Assembly: GCA_963783305.1 (NCBI GenBank)
Contig: CAWAMW010000017.1
Span: forward strand, 192,001 to 256,000
Direction of reading: 5' to 3'
From: an uncultured Gemmatimonadales bacterium
GTDB lineage: Bacteria > Gemmatimonadota > Gemmatimonadetes > Longimicrobiales > RSA9
DNA: 64,000 bases
The position numbers and the translations under genes are program-made. This document shows, piece after piece, positions 1 through 9,923 of the stretch. How positions within the stretch are numbered: the stretch's first letter is position 1; the number at the start of each line of letters is the position of its first letter. The notes beneath the pieces were generated by a model. It was not told the DNA's origin, did no database searches, and was given only the letters and a program-made list of their open reading frames with translations.

Positions 1-32
1 TGTTCGTATAGCGGCCGACGCGGGACTGCGGC

Positions 33-485
33 TCAGCCGCCCTCGAACGTTGCGATGGACTGGCGCGTCTCGTCGTCCATGGGCCTGGACCGGCCGGCGT
101 CGTAGTCGAAGAGGACCTGGCGGCTGGTGCCCGAGCTCAGCAGCCGACCGTCGTCGTCCCACAGACCGTACTCCATGTCGAAGCTGCTCCGGCCGAGCCG
201 CGTGGTCCGGACCCCCGCCACCAGGATCGCCGGGTAGAGGATCCGCTGGTGATATCGGAGCGTGAACTCCCCCATGACGTAGTCGATGGACTCCACCGTC
301 TCGCGACCGGCCACGGTCCGCCAGTACCGCGCCCGCGCTTCCTCCCAGTACATGAGCGGGAGTGAGTGGTGGACGTGCCCCATGGGATCCAGGTCGCGGA
401 ACCGGACCGCCACCTCGTGCTCGAAGCGGAATTCCTCCCGACGCGGCTCTCGGACTTCCCGCGCCGCCGACCCGGCGGTGGTCAC
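33..485 (-). CDS. Acyl-CoA thioesterase, 4HBT/YbgC-like hotdog fold
   Basis: VRFRDLDPMGHVHH motif (D-x-x-G-H-V) and RLGRSSF; 150 aa. Confidence 0.85.
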   Translation of the reverse strand: MTTAGSAAREVREPRREEFRFEHEVAVRFRDLDPMGHVHHSLPLMYWEEARARYWRTVAGRETVESIDYVMGEFTLRYHQRILYPAILVAGVRTTRLGRSSFDMEYGLWDDDGRLLSSGTSRQVLFDYDAGRSRPMDDETRQSIATFEGG

Positions 486-664
486 CGGCGCCTGCTGCCC
501 CGCTCGGTCCTGCGCAGCAGGTCGAGCGGCGTGAAGTGGTGGGTCTTCCGGCGACGCATCCCCTTCGGCAACACCCGGTCCTCCCGGCCCGGTAGACCGG
601 GCATGCCAAGGCCGATGTAGATCCCGGCCAGAAGAGCCGCTATCGCTCCGAGCACGTAAAGCAT
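482..664 (-). CDS. Small membrane protein, hypothetical
   Basis: 60 aa with N-terminal hydrophobic helix; GGAGAGGAG RBS; overlaps start of next gene by 4 nt. Confidence 0.65.
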   Translation of the reverse strand: MLYVLGAIAALLAGIYIGLGMPGLPGREDRVLPKGMRRRKTHHFTPLDLLRRTERGSRRR

Positions 665-683
665 GTTCAGCTCTCCTCTCCCT

Positions 684-1517
684 TCAATGCGTACTACGCA
701 GTCGCGGCGCCGGCAGGCCTTCGGCCGCGGACATCAGCCTGCCGTGCAGCACGGGCGCCGCGGCGACGATCCCGTGCACGTACGGGTCCGACCGATTGTA
801 CCGCGGCGGCCGGCCCAGCAGATCCGTCACCCGTCCACCCGCTTCCGCCACGATGAGCGACCCGGCGGCAACATCCCACTCGCTCTTGGGGCCCCGGCTG
901 ATGAACCCGTCGCCAGCGCCGGCCGCGACGCCCGCCAGCTTGTAGGCCGCGCTGCCCCAGGGCCGGATGTGCCACTCGCCCTCGAATGACTCGAACTCGC
1001 CGGCGGCGATCTCGCTCCGGGACGCCAGCAGCGCCGGCGTCCGACCCTCGAGCGGGTCCGCCATCCTCAGCGCCTCCCCGGCCTCCGAGCCCCCGTGCCA
1101 GTGCCGGGCCCGGAACGCGCCACCGCCCCTCGTGGCCCAGTACACCTCTTCGCGGGCCGGGTTGTACACCACCCCCACCACCGCCTCTCCATCCTCCACC
1201 AGCGCCACGGAGACCGCGAACTCACGATACCCCGCGATGAAAGAGCGGGTCCCGTCGATGGGGTCCACGATCCACACCCGCGACCGCTCCAGTCGGTCCG
1301 GGCGGTCCACGCTCTCTTCCGACAGCCAACCGTAGCCGGGGCGAGCGCTGGACAGCCGCTCCCGCAGGATCGCGTCCGCCTCCAGATCGGCGGCCGTAAC
1401 CGGCTGGTCGGGCGTCTTGTGCCGCACCTCGGGGTTCGCCCGGAACCACGGCATCACCGCCTCGCCCGCCGCCCGCGTGGCCGCGAGCGCCAGCTCGAGC
1501 TCAGCCGTCAGGGTCAT
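684..1517 (-). CDS. cysQ: 3'(2'),5'-bisphosphate nucleotidase / inositol monophosphatase family
   Basis: PVTAADLEAD, LSEE, WIVDPIDGT and SEWDVAAG motifs; start placed at ATG 1517. Confidence 0.8.
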   Translation of the reverse strand: MTLTAELELALAATRAAGEAVMPWFRANPEVRHKTPDQPVTAADLEADAILRERLSSARPGYGWLSEESVDRPDRLERSRVWIVDPIDGTRSFIAGYREFAVSVALVEDGEAVVGVVYNPAREEVYWATRGGGAFRARHWHGGSEAGEALRMADPLEGRTPALLASRSEIAAGEFESFEGEWHIRPWGSAAYKLAGVAAGAGDGFISRGPKSEWDVAAGSLIVAEAGGRVTDLLGRPPRYNRSDPYVHGIVAAAPVLHGRLMSAAEGLPAPRLRSTH

Positions 1518-1947
1518 GGGCTTCCGGGTCATCGAGGACCAGCTCGGGGTGGCGATGACAGCCATAGCACTCCAGCGTCTGGCGACCCCGTACGCGCGTT
1601 CCGCGAGACAGCTCGATCGGCGTTTCGCACCGCGGGCAGTGGCCCTCGAAGTCGATGACGTAGTACTCGCCCCGCCAGTACCGCCAGGCCAGGTAGCCGC
1701 CGATGCCGAGCGACAGCAGCGGCCACAGGAAGTGCGGCGGGATGAAGAAGACGACGGGCATGATCGCAATGGCCACACCCAGTGTCAGGAGCGCACGGGA
1801 GGCCCGCGTCGCCCGCGACTGGTAGATCACCTCGACGGATGCATCCACGGTTCCGCTGCCCGGGAGGACCAACCGCGCGTCCGGCCGTCCGATCTCCGTC
1901 GTCGCCACGCTCTCGCTCCTGTCTTCTGCTGGATTGGGTGATGTCAT
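1501..1947 (-). CDS. Hypothetical 2-TM protein with C-terminal zinc ribbon
   Basis: Two hydrophobic segments followed by CPRC...CYGC. Confidence 0.7.
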   Translation of the reverse strand: MTSPNPAEDRSESVATTEIGRPDARLVLPGSGTVDASVEVIYQSRATRASRALLTLGVAIAIMPVVFFIPPHFLWPLLSLGIGGYLAWRYWRGEYYVIDFEGHCPRCETPIELSRGTRVRGRQTLECYGCHRHPELVLDDPEAHDPDG

Positions 1948-1975
1948 GCCCACCGTTGCGAGAACAGTGCCCGCG

Positions 1976-3721
1976 TCACAGCTCCACCTCGCCCACCCGC
2001 CGCACCGCCGTGCGCAGCGGGACGATGATGGCCACCGCCGAGACTCCCGCCGCCGCCGCCAGCCCGCCCGCGAGCCAGAGCCAGGCGCCCACCGTAAGCA
2101 CGCTGCCCTCCATGCGGGCCTGAAGCACCGCGTACACCGGCCACGCCTCCAGCACGATCACCGTAGCCAGGTAGCCCACCGCCGTCATCATGAAAAGCAG
2201 ACCGCCGAAGCCGGTGGGGATGTCCGCCGCGTTGGCCGTGTCGAAGCGAGGGAAGAGCGCACCGAACCCGAGCGCCAGCGCGGCGATCGCGAACGTCATG
2301 ACCGTGATCGTCACGATCGACAGCACCATCACGAAGGCTCCTACCTCCAGGATGTAGTTGGTCCCCGCCGTCAGCGTCACGGCCACCACCAGGAGCGGGA
2401 CCACGTTCACCCAGTACTTGCTCCAGATCAGGCGTCGGAGCATGAGCGGAGAGGAGCGCAGCAGCCATAGCGTCCGCCCCTCGAGGCTGACCACCGGGAA
2501 AAGGAACCGCGCTGCGATGGCCGCCAGGACGAACCCGGCCAGCCCCACATTGAGAAAGCTGATCACGTTCACCAGGAAGAAGCCCACCTCCACGCCGGTG
2601 AAGAGCGGCAGAACCCTGATGTTGTACACGTACACCACCACGAGGACCGCCAGGAGGATCAGCTGCGACCACTGCGTCGTGTCCCGAAAGAAGCTCCGGA
2701 TGTCCTTCACCACCAGCGCCCGCGTGGACGGCCGTAACGCCACGAACACCCGGTCGAGTCGCGCGCCCCGGCCCGAGACGTTCCCCTCCCTCAACGACGC
2801 CCCCTCCTGCGCCCGGCTGTACCCGTCGGCGAAATACCGCGCGTGGAGCCAGGCCCCTACCACCACCGTCCCCGCCGCGGTACTCGCGAGCAGGAACAGC
2901 GGGAACCAGTCCGCCCCCCGGCTCCGGAGCGGCGCCATGATCGCCTCGGCCGCCCACTCGCTCGGCAGCCACACGGAGCCCGGCGTCCGCAGCGCGGCAA
3001 TGAAATCCACCAGGCTGGTGAAGCCTTCCGGACTCACGATCTGCTCAGGGCGCAGCAGACGGAACAGCACCACCACGCCCGCCGCCGCAAAGAGCCCGAT
3101 GAGCGCCAGCAGGTCGCGGGCGCGGCGCGCGGGGAAGACGTTCACGAGGACCAGGGTAATGGCACTCCCGACCACCGCGGGGATGACGAAGAAGGAGGCC
3201 ATCGCCAGGAGGGAGACGCCCACGTAGAGCAGTCCACCGCGGTACACGACGCCATAGGAGCTCAGGATGGGGACCATCATGAGCGCCACCATCCACGACG
3301 AGTAGGTCATGGTCTCCGTGAGCCGCGCAGTGTAGACCTTCAGCGCGTCGGTGGGCGACGACATCAGGAGCTCCAGGTCCCTGGCCAGGAAGAAGCTCGA
3401 CAGCGCGGCAATGACGTTCGACAGCAACAGGATCGCCATGAAGCTGAGCAGCACCAGGCTCAACAGCTTCACCGCCAGCACCTCGCCGATCCCCTCCGCC
3501 CGCCGGAAGTAGAGGAGCATCCGCAGCAGGATCCCGAACATCAAGGTGAAGAACAGGAGCCCCACGCAGCCCAGCAGGAGTGCCCGACCGCGACCCGACT
3601 CCCCTCCCGACCGGCGCCGCAGCGCCACCCACTTCGGCCGCAGGATGTCGAGCACCCCGAAGCGGCCGCCCGCCCGCGGCGCCGCCATGGTGCCCTGCAT
3701 CGGGGGCGCCGGGCTGTCCAC
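1976..3721 (-). CDS. Putative ABC transporter permease (large multi-TM exporter type)
   Basis: About 12 hydrophobic segments; RDLELLMSSP and SLEGRTLWLLRSSP motifs; adjacent to ABC ATPase. Confidence 0.85.
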   Translation of the reverse strand: MDSPAPPMQGTMAAPRAGGRFGVLDILRPKWVALRRRSGGESGRGRALLLGCVGLLFFTLMFGILLRMLLYFRRAEGIGEVLAVKLLSLVLLSFMAILLLSNVIAALSSFFLARDLELLMSSPTDALKVYTARLTETMTYSSWMVALMMVPILSSYGVVYRGGLLYVGVSLLAMASFFVIPAVVGSAITLVLVNVFPARRARDLLALIGLFAAAGVVVLFRLLRPEQIVSPEGFTSLVDFIAALRTPGSVWLPSEWAAEAIMAPLRSRGADWFPLFLLASTAAGTVVVGAWLHARYFADGYSRAQEGASLREGNVSGRGARLDRVFVALRPSTRALVVKDIRSFFRDTTQWSQLILLAVLVVVYVYNIRVLPLFTGVEVGFFLVNVISFLNVGLAGFVLAAIAARFLFPVVSLEGRTLWLLRSSPLMLRRLIWSKYWVNVVPLLVVAVTLTAGTNYILEVGAFVMVLSIVTITVMTFAIAALALGFGALFPRFDTANAADIPTGFGGLLFMMTAVGYLATVIVLEAWPVYAVLQARMEGSVLTVGAWLWLAGGLAAAAGVSAVAIIVPLRTAVRRVGEVEL

Positions 3722-3723
3722 CG

Positions 3724-4494
3724 CTAGGCCTCCGAGACGGCCCTGAGGGAGGCGATGAGCTCCCCCACCTCTTCACCGCCCGTCAGCTTCAGGAAGATCT
3801 CCTCCAGACCCGCCGCCCCCGTTTCCGCCTCGGCCCGAAGCTCGTCCATTGTCCCCATGGCACGGATCCGACCGCCCTGGATGATGGCGATCCGGTCGCA
3901 CAACGCCTCCGCCACCTCCAGCGTGTGCGTGGACAGGAACACCGTACCGCCCTGCTCCACGAACGTCCGCAGCAGCTCCTTGATCATCCGGGCCGCCTTC
4001 GGATCAAGCCCCACCATCGGCTCGTCCACCACGATCAGGCGCGGGCCGTGGATGAGTGCGGAGCTGATCAGCAGCTTCTGCCGCATTCCGTGGCTGTAGC
4101 TCTCCACCAGCGTGTCCTTCCACGCGGTCAGCTCGAACAGCTCAAGCAGCTCGCTCGCCCGCGCTTCCACCGCCGGACCCTCCTGGCCCCACAACCCGCT
4201 CACGAAGCGGAGGAACTCACTCCCCGTCAGTTTCTCGTACAGGAACGGACGGTCCGGGATATAGCCCAGCAGCTGTTTTGCCGCCGCTGGCTCCGTCGCC
4301 ACATCGTGCCCGCCGATGAGCACGCGCCCGCCAGAGGGCCGGAGCACCCCGGTGAGGAGCCGGATGGTCGTCGTCTTCCCGGCGCCGTTGGGGCCCAGGA
4401 ACCCGAACAGCTCCCCTTTCTCCACGTGGAGGTCCAGCGGGTGCACCGCGGTGAACTTGCCGTAGCTCTTGCTGAGGCCTTCCAGACGGATCAT
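3724..4494 (-). CDS. ABC transporter ATP-binding protein
   Basis: Walker A GPNGAGKT, signature YSHGMRQK, Walker B IVVDEP, H-loop STH; ATG at 4494. Confidence 0.95.
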   Translation of the reverse strand: MIRLEGLSKSYGKFTAVHPLDLHVEKGELFGFLGPNGAGKTTTIRLLTGVLRPSGGRVLIGGHDVATEPAAAKQLLGYIPDRPFLYEKLTGSEFLRFVSGLWGQEGPAVEARASELLELFELTAWKDTLVESYSHGMRQKLLISSALIHGPRLIVVDEPMVGLDPKAARMIKELLRTFVEQGGTVFLSTHTLEVAEALCDRIAIIQGGRIRAMGTMDELRAEAETGAAGLEEIFLKLTGGEEVGELIASLRAVSEA

Positions 4495-6092
4495 AGCGTG
4501 CTGACGATCTCCAGATCGAGCCGGCCGATCAGCCGGATGAGCTCCACCTGACGGGCGAGACCGCCCACCAGGAACCGCAGGTGCGTGGCGTCGGCCGGGT
4601 ACTGGTCCAGCGTTGGATCCACCGCGACCCACCCGTCCAGCCATACCTCTGGCCACGCGTGGTAGAAGAACCGGCCATTCAGATGGACCAGCCCCACCGC
4701 CGTACGCGCAGGGAGCCCGAGCGCCCGGGCCAGCGCCACGTACAGCACCGTGTGCTCATTGCAGTCGCCCTGCCCCAGCTCCAGCACCTGCACCGCGCTC
4801 GGGATGCTCAGCGTGATGTCCTTCCGGAGCCTCCCATACACCCACTCCGTCAGACGACCCGCCACTACCTCCGGCCTCGTCTCCCCCCCGGCGATCTCCC
4901 GCGCCCGCGCCACGATCCGGGGGTCGGCCGCCTGGATCAGCGGCGTCGACTCCAGCGACTCCGGTCCGGGAGCGCCGTACAGATCGCCCCCGGCGACGCC
5001 CGCATCCTCCCGCCGGCCGGCTGATGCTGCCGCCTCCACCCGGTAGGGGAGACGATACGACGCCCGCAGCGGCAGCGATTCCCGTGTCACCACGAGCGTG
5101 TCACCCCGCAACGCCTGCCGACCGCCATCCAGATCGAAGCCTTCCAGCTCCACCCGCCGCAGCTTCACCGCCAGCCGCGGCACTGCGTCCTCCGCATCCG
5201 ACAGATCCACGTTCGCCGCGATCGCCGTGTTCTCGATGACGCTGCCATAGCCAGACGCCAGCCGGGGATCGGACCGGGCGGATTCCCACGCCTGGTTCGC
5301 CAGCTCGTACGGGGCCCGCTTCACGCGAAATCCCATGGGGCTCTCCGCCACCACGAGCCGACCATCCTCGTCGATCCAGCTGGTCACGCTCACCCCGCCG
5401 TAGCTCTCCTCCACCACCCAGACGGGAATCGTGTCGTAGCGCGCCGGCGCCCATCGCCGCGCACCAGCCCCAAGGAACACGCTGTCCGCGACCACCACCA
5501 TGTCCCGGCCCGTCACCTCGACCTTTACCTCCCGCTCGGACATCGAGGACGGATCGAATACGCGCGCCGAATACTCGCTCCCCACGTCCAGCCGACCGGC
5601 TGCCGCCATGCGCAGCGGGAGCGCGACCGGGAGCGTCAGCCCCTGGTCGAGGGGGATCGCCGTCACCTGGTCGCCCGTCCCAGCCGCCATCGAGAGGACC
5701 AGCGTGGAGTCTCCGCGCGCCTCGCCCGTGACGTTGAAATCGCCGATCTCCGAGTCGAGGGAGAACTCGAAATCAAGGAGCTGAAGCGAGTGACCGAGGC
5801 GAGCGCGGGTTCGTACCACCGCCGAATGGCTCGTGCCCATGGCCGGCACTTCGAGGCGAAGCACATCCTCGAACGAGAAGCCCTCGGGGACCGTATCCAG
5901 CCGCGAGGAGGCGAGGCCGATGGCCTGACCATCCATCTCCACGGTGTAGAAGTAGGAGCCCGGGGCCAGCGACTGGGCGCCCTCGGCAAGGACCAGCGAT
6001 TCCGAGCGGAAGTACTCGCGCCGTACGTGGAACGAGAGTGCGACGACCCACGTCAGGAGCACCAGCGCTCCGATGAGATGACGAAGCTTCAC
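4491..6092 (-). CDS. Membrane-anchored transglutaminase-like (Cys-His-Asp) protein
   Basis: GDCNEH, HAWPEV and WVAVDPT triad motifs; N-terminal TM. Confidence 0.9.
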   Translation of the reverse strand: MKLRHLIGALVLLTWVVALSFHVRREYFRSESLVLAEGAQSLAPGSYFYTVEMDGQAIGLASSRLDTVPEGFSFEDVLRLEVPAMGTSHSAVVRTRARLGHSLQLLDFEFSLDSEIGDFNVTGEARGDSTLVLSMAAGTGDQVTAIPLDQGLTLPVALPLRMAAAGRLDVGSEYSARVFDPSSMSEREVKVEVTGRDMVVVADSVFLGAGARRWAPARYDTIPVWVVEESYGGVSVTSWIDEDGRLVVAESPMGFRVKRAPYELANQAWESARSDPRLASGYGSVIENTAIAANVDLSDAEDAVPRLAVKLRRVELEGFDLDGGRQALRGDTLVVTRESLPLRASYRLPYRVEAAASAGRREDAGVAGGDLYGAPGPESLESTPLIQAADPRIVARAREIAGGETRPEVVAGRLTEWVYGRLRKDITLSIPSAVQVLELGQGDCNEHTVLYVALARALGLPARTAVGLVHLNGRFFYHAWPEVWLDGWVAVDPTLDQYPADATHLRFLVGGLARQVELIRLIGRLDLEIVSTL

Positions 6093-6652
6093 GACCCGCT
6101 TTCCACCCGGCGTACGGATGGCTCGTCCACCTCCAACGACGACATGCCCTCGCTGCCGAGACGCGCCACGGCCGCCTCGAACACCGCCTTCTGGTACGCG
6201 TCCTCCACCACGATCGTCGCCTGGAGCGGTCGGCCCGTACGGCTCTCATGCTCCGCCAGCACCGGGACCATCGCCAACGCGGATTCCTCCGCGTCCAGGT
6301 TCCCCGCCCCCGTACCGAGCGGCGCCAGCGCCAGCACGTCGATCCCCCAGTCGGCCGCCCTGCGGAGCGCGTTGCGGAGCCCCTGCCGCACCACCGCCGC
6401 CGTGGCGTTCTCCGCCGCCGTCCGGACGACCACGTGGATGATGAAATCGGCGGGGAGCGCGCCGGCCGCGGTGATGGCGGCCGACCCGAGGGGAAGCTCA
6501 CCGAGAGCGGCGCATTGCGCGGCCACGGCGGGACCCGCGGCCTCGGAGAACCGCGACATGGCCGGCGTCACCGGTGCGAAGTCCGAAGCCACAGGACGGA
6601 TGAGGGCGCCCGCCACCACCTGCGCCAGCTCACCGACCCGCGCTTCGATCAT
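6089..6652 (-). CDS. Macro domain protein (divergent)
   Basis: GSAAITAAGALPADFIIHVV and LAPLGTGAG macrodomain motifs. Confidence 0.8.
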   Translation of the reverse strand: MIEARVGELAQVVAGALIRPVASDFAPVTPAMSRFSEAAGPAVAAQCAALGELPLGSAAITAAGALPADFIIHVVVRTAAENATAAVVRQGLRNALRRAADWGIDVLALAPLGTGAGNLDAEESALAMVPVLAEHESRTGRPLQATIVVEDAYQKAVFEAAVARLGSEGMSSLEVDEPSVRRVESGS

Positions 6653-7293
6653 GCGGCGCCGACTTCCCTGGCCTTCCGATACATGGTCGCCGCTTCCTGA
6701 CTGAGGTGCTTGCGGTCGTACAGAATGCCCATGGTGTAGTAAGCCTTGGCATTCCGCGGCTGGTACTGAACCGCCCGCTCCAGCATCTCCAGCGCGTCAT
6801 CCAGCCGCCCCAGCTGGTTCAGCGCCTCGCCCCGGTAGAAATACGCCTCGCCATCCCGGTCATCCAGCTCGATGGCCCGGGACAGCTCCGCCTCTGCCTG
6901 ACGGTACAGCCCTCGCTTGAAGAGCAGCACGCCGAGCTGGCTGTGCACGCGCGGTCGGTCCGGGTCCAGACGCTGCGCCCGCCGAAGCTCCTTCTCCGCC
7001 TCCGCCGCGCGACCCGCGATTCTCAACGCGACCCCCAGCTCCACCAGCACTTCCACGCTCTCCGGTGCCGTGGAGCGGGCGGCGTTCAGCTGCTCGATGG
7101 CCAGCTCCGTCTCTCCACCCTCCATGTAGAGCTGCGCCAGCCCCATGCGCGCTTCCACGTTCTCCGGCTCCTCGACCGCACGGCGCCGCGCGTCCACCAG
7201 CGCATCCGATCCCCCCCGAGGCTCCGCCTCGGCCGCCGACTCGGTCTCGCCGCTCTTCTTCCGTCGATTCGTCACGCCTTCAGCCACCTTCAT
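6649..7293 (-). CDS. Tetratricopeptide repeat protein
   Basis: About five 34-aa TPR-like repeats (e.g. AYFYRGEALNQLGRLDDALEMLERAVQYQP); ATGA overlaps with neighbours. Confidence 0.9.
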   Translation of the reverse strand: MKVAEGVTNRRKKSGETESAAEAEPRGGSDALVDARRRAVEEPENVEARMGLAQLYMEGGETELAIEQLNAARSTAPESVEVLVELGVALRIAGRAAEAEKELRRAQRLDPDRPRVHSQLGVLLFKRGLYRQAEAELSRAIELDDRDGEAYFYRGEALNQLGRLDDALEMLERAVQYQPRNAKAYYTMGILYDRKHLSQEAATMYRKAREVGAA

Positions 7294-7628
7294 GCACCCA
7301 CGTTCTCGGAAATCCATTGCACATACGGCAGGTATCCCGCCTCCACCGGGAGCACGAGCACCTCCGGGACATCGTAGGGATGGAGCTCCGGGACCCGGCT
7401 CAGAAGCCGCTCCGCCCCGGCCGCCGTGGTCTTGAACACCACCAGCGCCTCCTTCTCACGCTCCACCTTGTCATTCCACCGGTAGATCGACGTGACCCCC
7501 GGCAGGATGTTCCCGCACGCCACTACACCTTCCTCCACCAATTGTCGCACAAGTGTCTCCGCAGCGGCAGCGCCCTGTATCGTCACCAGCACGACCCGCG
7601 CCGCGGCACCCGTACCCTCCGCCGCCAC
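7290..7628 (-). CDS. cutA: Divalent-cation tolerance protein CutA
   Basis: ACGNILPGVTSIYRW and HPYDVPE motifs. Confidence 0.92.
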   Translation of the reverse strand: MAAEGTGAAARVVLVTIQGAAAAETLVRQLVEEGVVACGNILPGVTSIYRWNDKVEREKEALVVFKTTAAGAERLLSRVPELHPYDVPEVLVLPVEAGYLPYVQWISENVGA

Positions 7629-7630
7629 CC

Positions 7631-9484
7631 TCAGTCTTCCGCCGGGACGGCGCCATCCTCGTACAGAGCGCGGATCACATCCGCAAACCGCTCCTCCACC
7701 ACCCGCCGCTTTACTTTCTGGGTGGGCGTCAGCACGCCACCCTCGACCGTGAACTCCGCCGCCAGCAGCGCCGTCTTCTTCGGCCGCTCGAATCGCGCGA
7801 ACCCTTCCAGATTCCCGAGCGATTCCTCCTCCAGCTTCTGCCGCACCCGCTCGTCCCGGAGCAGCGCTTCACCACGCTCCGTGATGCCCTGCGTCTCCGC
7901 CCACTCCTCCAGCTTCACCGTGTTCGGTACGAGCAGCAGGATCGCGTACGGCCGCCGGTCCCCCACCATCACCGCCTCGTCGATGAACGCACTCTGCTTC
8001 ACACGGTTCTCGACCGGCTGCGGCGCGATGTTCTTCCCGCCCGCCGTCACGATGATGTCCTTCTTCCGGTCCGTGATCTTGAGGTACCCGTCCACATCGA
8101 TCTCGCCCACGTCACCGGTGGAGAACCAGCCCTCCTCGTCGATGGCCTCCGCCGTCGCGTCAGGCAGGTTGTAGTAGCCCTGCATCACCTGCGGACCGCG
8201 CACCAGGATCTCACCATCCGCGGCGATCCGGATCTCCGTCCCCGGCACCGGCTTGCCCACCGTCCCGAGCCTGAGATCCGTCTCGGTGTTCACGTTCGTC
8301 ACGGGCGAGGTCTCCGTGAGGCCGTACCCCTCCAGGATCAGAACATTGGCGCCGTGGAAGAACTGCGCCACGTGGTATGCCAAGGGGGCGCCACCCGAAA
8401 TAAAGAACCGCAGCTTGCCTCCGATCCGGCCGCGCAGCTTCGAGTACACCAGCCGGTCAGCGATCGCATGCTGCACGGATGTTGCCAGCCCCGGCGAGCG
8501 CCCCGCCAGCTTCGCCTCCGACCAGCGCGCTGCGACCCTGGACGCCCAGGCCACAAGCTTCCCCTTCACCCCCGCCTGTGAGATGACCCTGTCGTAGACC
8601 TTCTCGTAGAGCCGCGGCGTCGACACTGCCATGGTTGGCTGCACCTCCACGAGCGAGTCGGCCACCAGGTCGATATCGTGCACATACGCGATGGTGACCC
8701 CGTTCGAAAAGAACCAGTAGTCCACCATCCGCTCCAGGATGTGCGAGAGCGGAAGGAAACTCGTCGCCGTATCCTCGGGCCCCGCCGTGAAGAGCTCGTT
8801 CACTGCCTGCACATTGCTGTAGATGTTGTAGTGCGACAGCAGCACGCCCTTCGGCGATCCCGTGGTGCCGGAGGTGTACAGCATTGTGGCGACATCGTCG
8901 GGGGTCGCCTGCAGCGCGCGCTCCCGGAACGCGCTTCCACCGCGCCCCTCCTCCTCCGCCTCCCGTCCCTTCTCCATCAGCAGATCGAGGGCAATGACCC
9001 GCGTGTCCTCGACGTCACCGTCGAAGAGGACCGCGTGCTCCAGAGAGGGCACATCGTCCCACACCGCCAGCACCTTCTCGAGCTGTGCCGTCGTGGACAC
9101 GAAGATCAGCCGCACCTCGGCGTCGTTCAGGATGTACGCCACCTGGTTGCTCGGCAGCGTGTCATAGATGGGCACGTCCGGAATCCCCGCGCAGAGAGCG
9201 GCGAAATCCGCCTGCGCCCATTCCGGACGGTTCTCCGACAGGATCGCGACGCGCTGCCCGCGCTCGACCCCCAGCGATTCCAGCCCCAGAGCCGTTCGTG
9301 TCACCCGCTGCAGCAGGTCACGGTGGGATATGGAGCGCCAGTCGTCGGGCCCGACGCGATAGCGCATGGCGTCGTCGCTGTCGACCCGCTCCACCGCCTC
9401 GAAGAAAAGCTCCACCAGCGTCCCCCGCGGCACGTCGGCGGGGTTGGCGGCGTACTGGAGGGTGGTCTCGGGAACCGTCGCCAT
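7631..9484 (-). CDS. Long-chain fatty acid-CoA ligase (AMP-dependent synthetase)
   Basis: YTSGTTGSPKG, EGYGLTET, TGDVG and ITDRKKD motifs. Confidence 0.93.
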   Translation of the reverse strand: MATVPETTLQYAANPADVPRGTLVELFFEAVERVDSDDAMRYRVGPDDWRSISHRDLLQRVTRTALGLESLGVERGQRVAILSENRPEWAQADFAALCAGIPDVPIYDTLPSNQVAYILNDAEVRLIFVSTTAQLEKVLAVWDDVPSLEHAVLFDGDVEDTRVIALDLLMEKGREAEEEGRGGSAFRERALQATPDDVATMLYTSGTTGSPKGVLLSHYNIYSNVQAVNELFTAGPEDTATSFLPLSHILERMVDYWFFSNGVTIAYVHDIDLVADSLVEVQPTMAVSTPRLYEKVYDRVISQAGVKGKLVAWASRVAARWSEAKLAGRSPGLATSVQHAIADRLVYSKLRGRIGGKLRFFISGGAPLAYHVAQFFHGANVLILEGYGLTETSPVTNVNTETDLRLGTVGKPVPGTEIRIAADGEILVRGPQVMQGYYNLPDATAEAIDEEGWFSTGDVGEIDVDGYLKITDRKKDIIVTAGGKNIAPQPVENRVKQSAFIDEAVMVGDRRPYAILLLVPNTVKLEEWAETQGITERGEALLRDERVRQKLEEESLGNLEGFARFERPKKTALLAAEFTVEGGVLTPTQKVKRRVVEERFADVIRALYEDGAVPAED

Positions 9485-9515
9485 TTATCAGTCTCCGTTA
9501 TGAGGGGATTCGCTG

Positions 9516-9923
9516 TCAGCCAGCCTCGATCCGAATGGAGAGGTCCATGTCGGGATCAAGGGTGTGCAGCACGCTGCAATACTTGTCCCGCGAGAGATCC
9601 ACCGCCCGCTGCAGCTTGCCGTGACTGTCTTCCGGAACACCGGTCACCACGTATACGAGGCGCATGGCCGTGAACCGCCGGGGAGGATCGGCGCGACGAT
9701 CGCCTTCCGTGCGCACCGACAGTCCGTCGAAGGGAACCCGCATCTTGTTCAGAATGTCCACCACGTCGATGCCCATGCAGGCAGCCAGCGCCATGAGGAG
9801 CGCTTCCATCGGGGAAGGGCCTGCCGCACCCGCGCTGTCCAGCATCGCGCGAGACCCGCGCTCGCCTACCGCTTCGAATTGGAGCGCCTCGGTCCAGCGC
9901 ACCTCCACCACCATGTCGCTCAC
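9516..9923 (-). CDS. OsmC/YhfA family protein
   Basis: GPSPMEALLMALAACMG ... KYCSV two-Cys pattern; start may be ATG ~9914. Confidence 0.88.
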   Translation of the reverse strand: MSDMVVEVRWTEALQFEAVGERGSRAMLDSAGAAGPSPMEALLMALAACMGIDVVDILNKMRVPFDGLSVRTEGDRRADPPRRFTAMRLVYVVTGVPEDSHGKLQRAVDLSRDKYCSVLHTLDPDMDLSIRIEAG

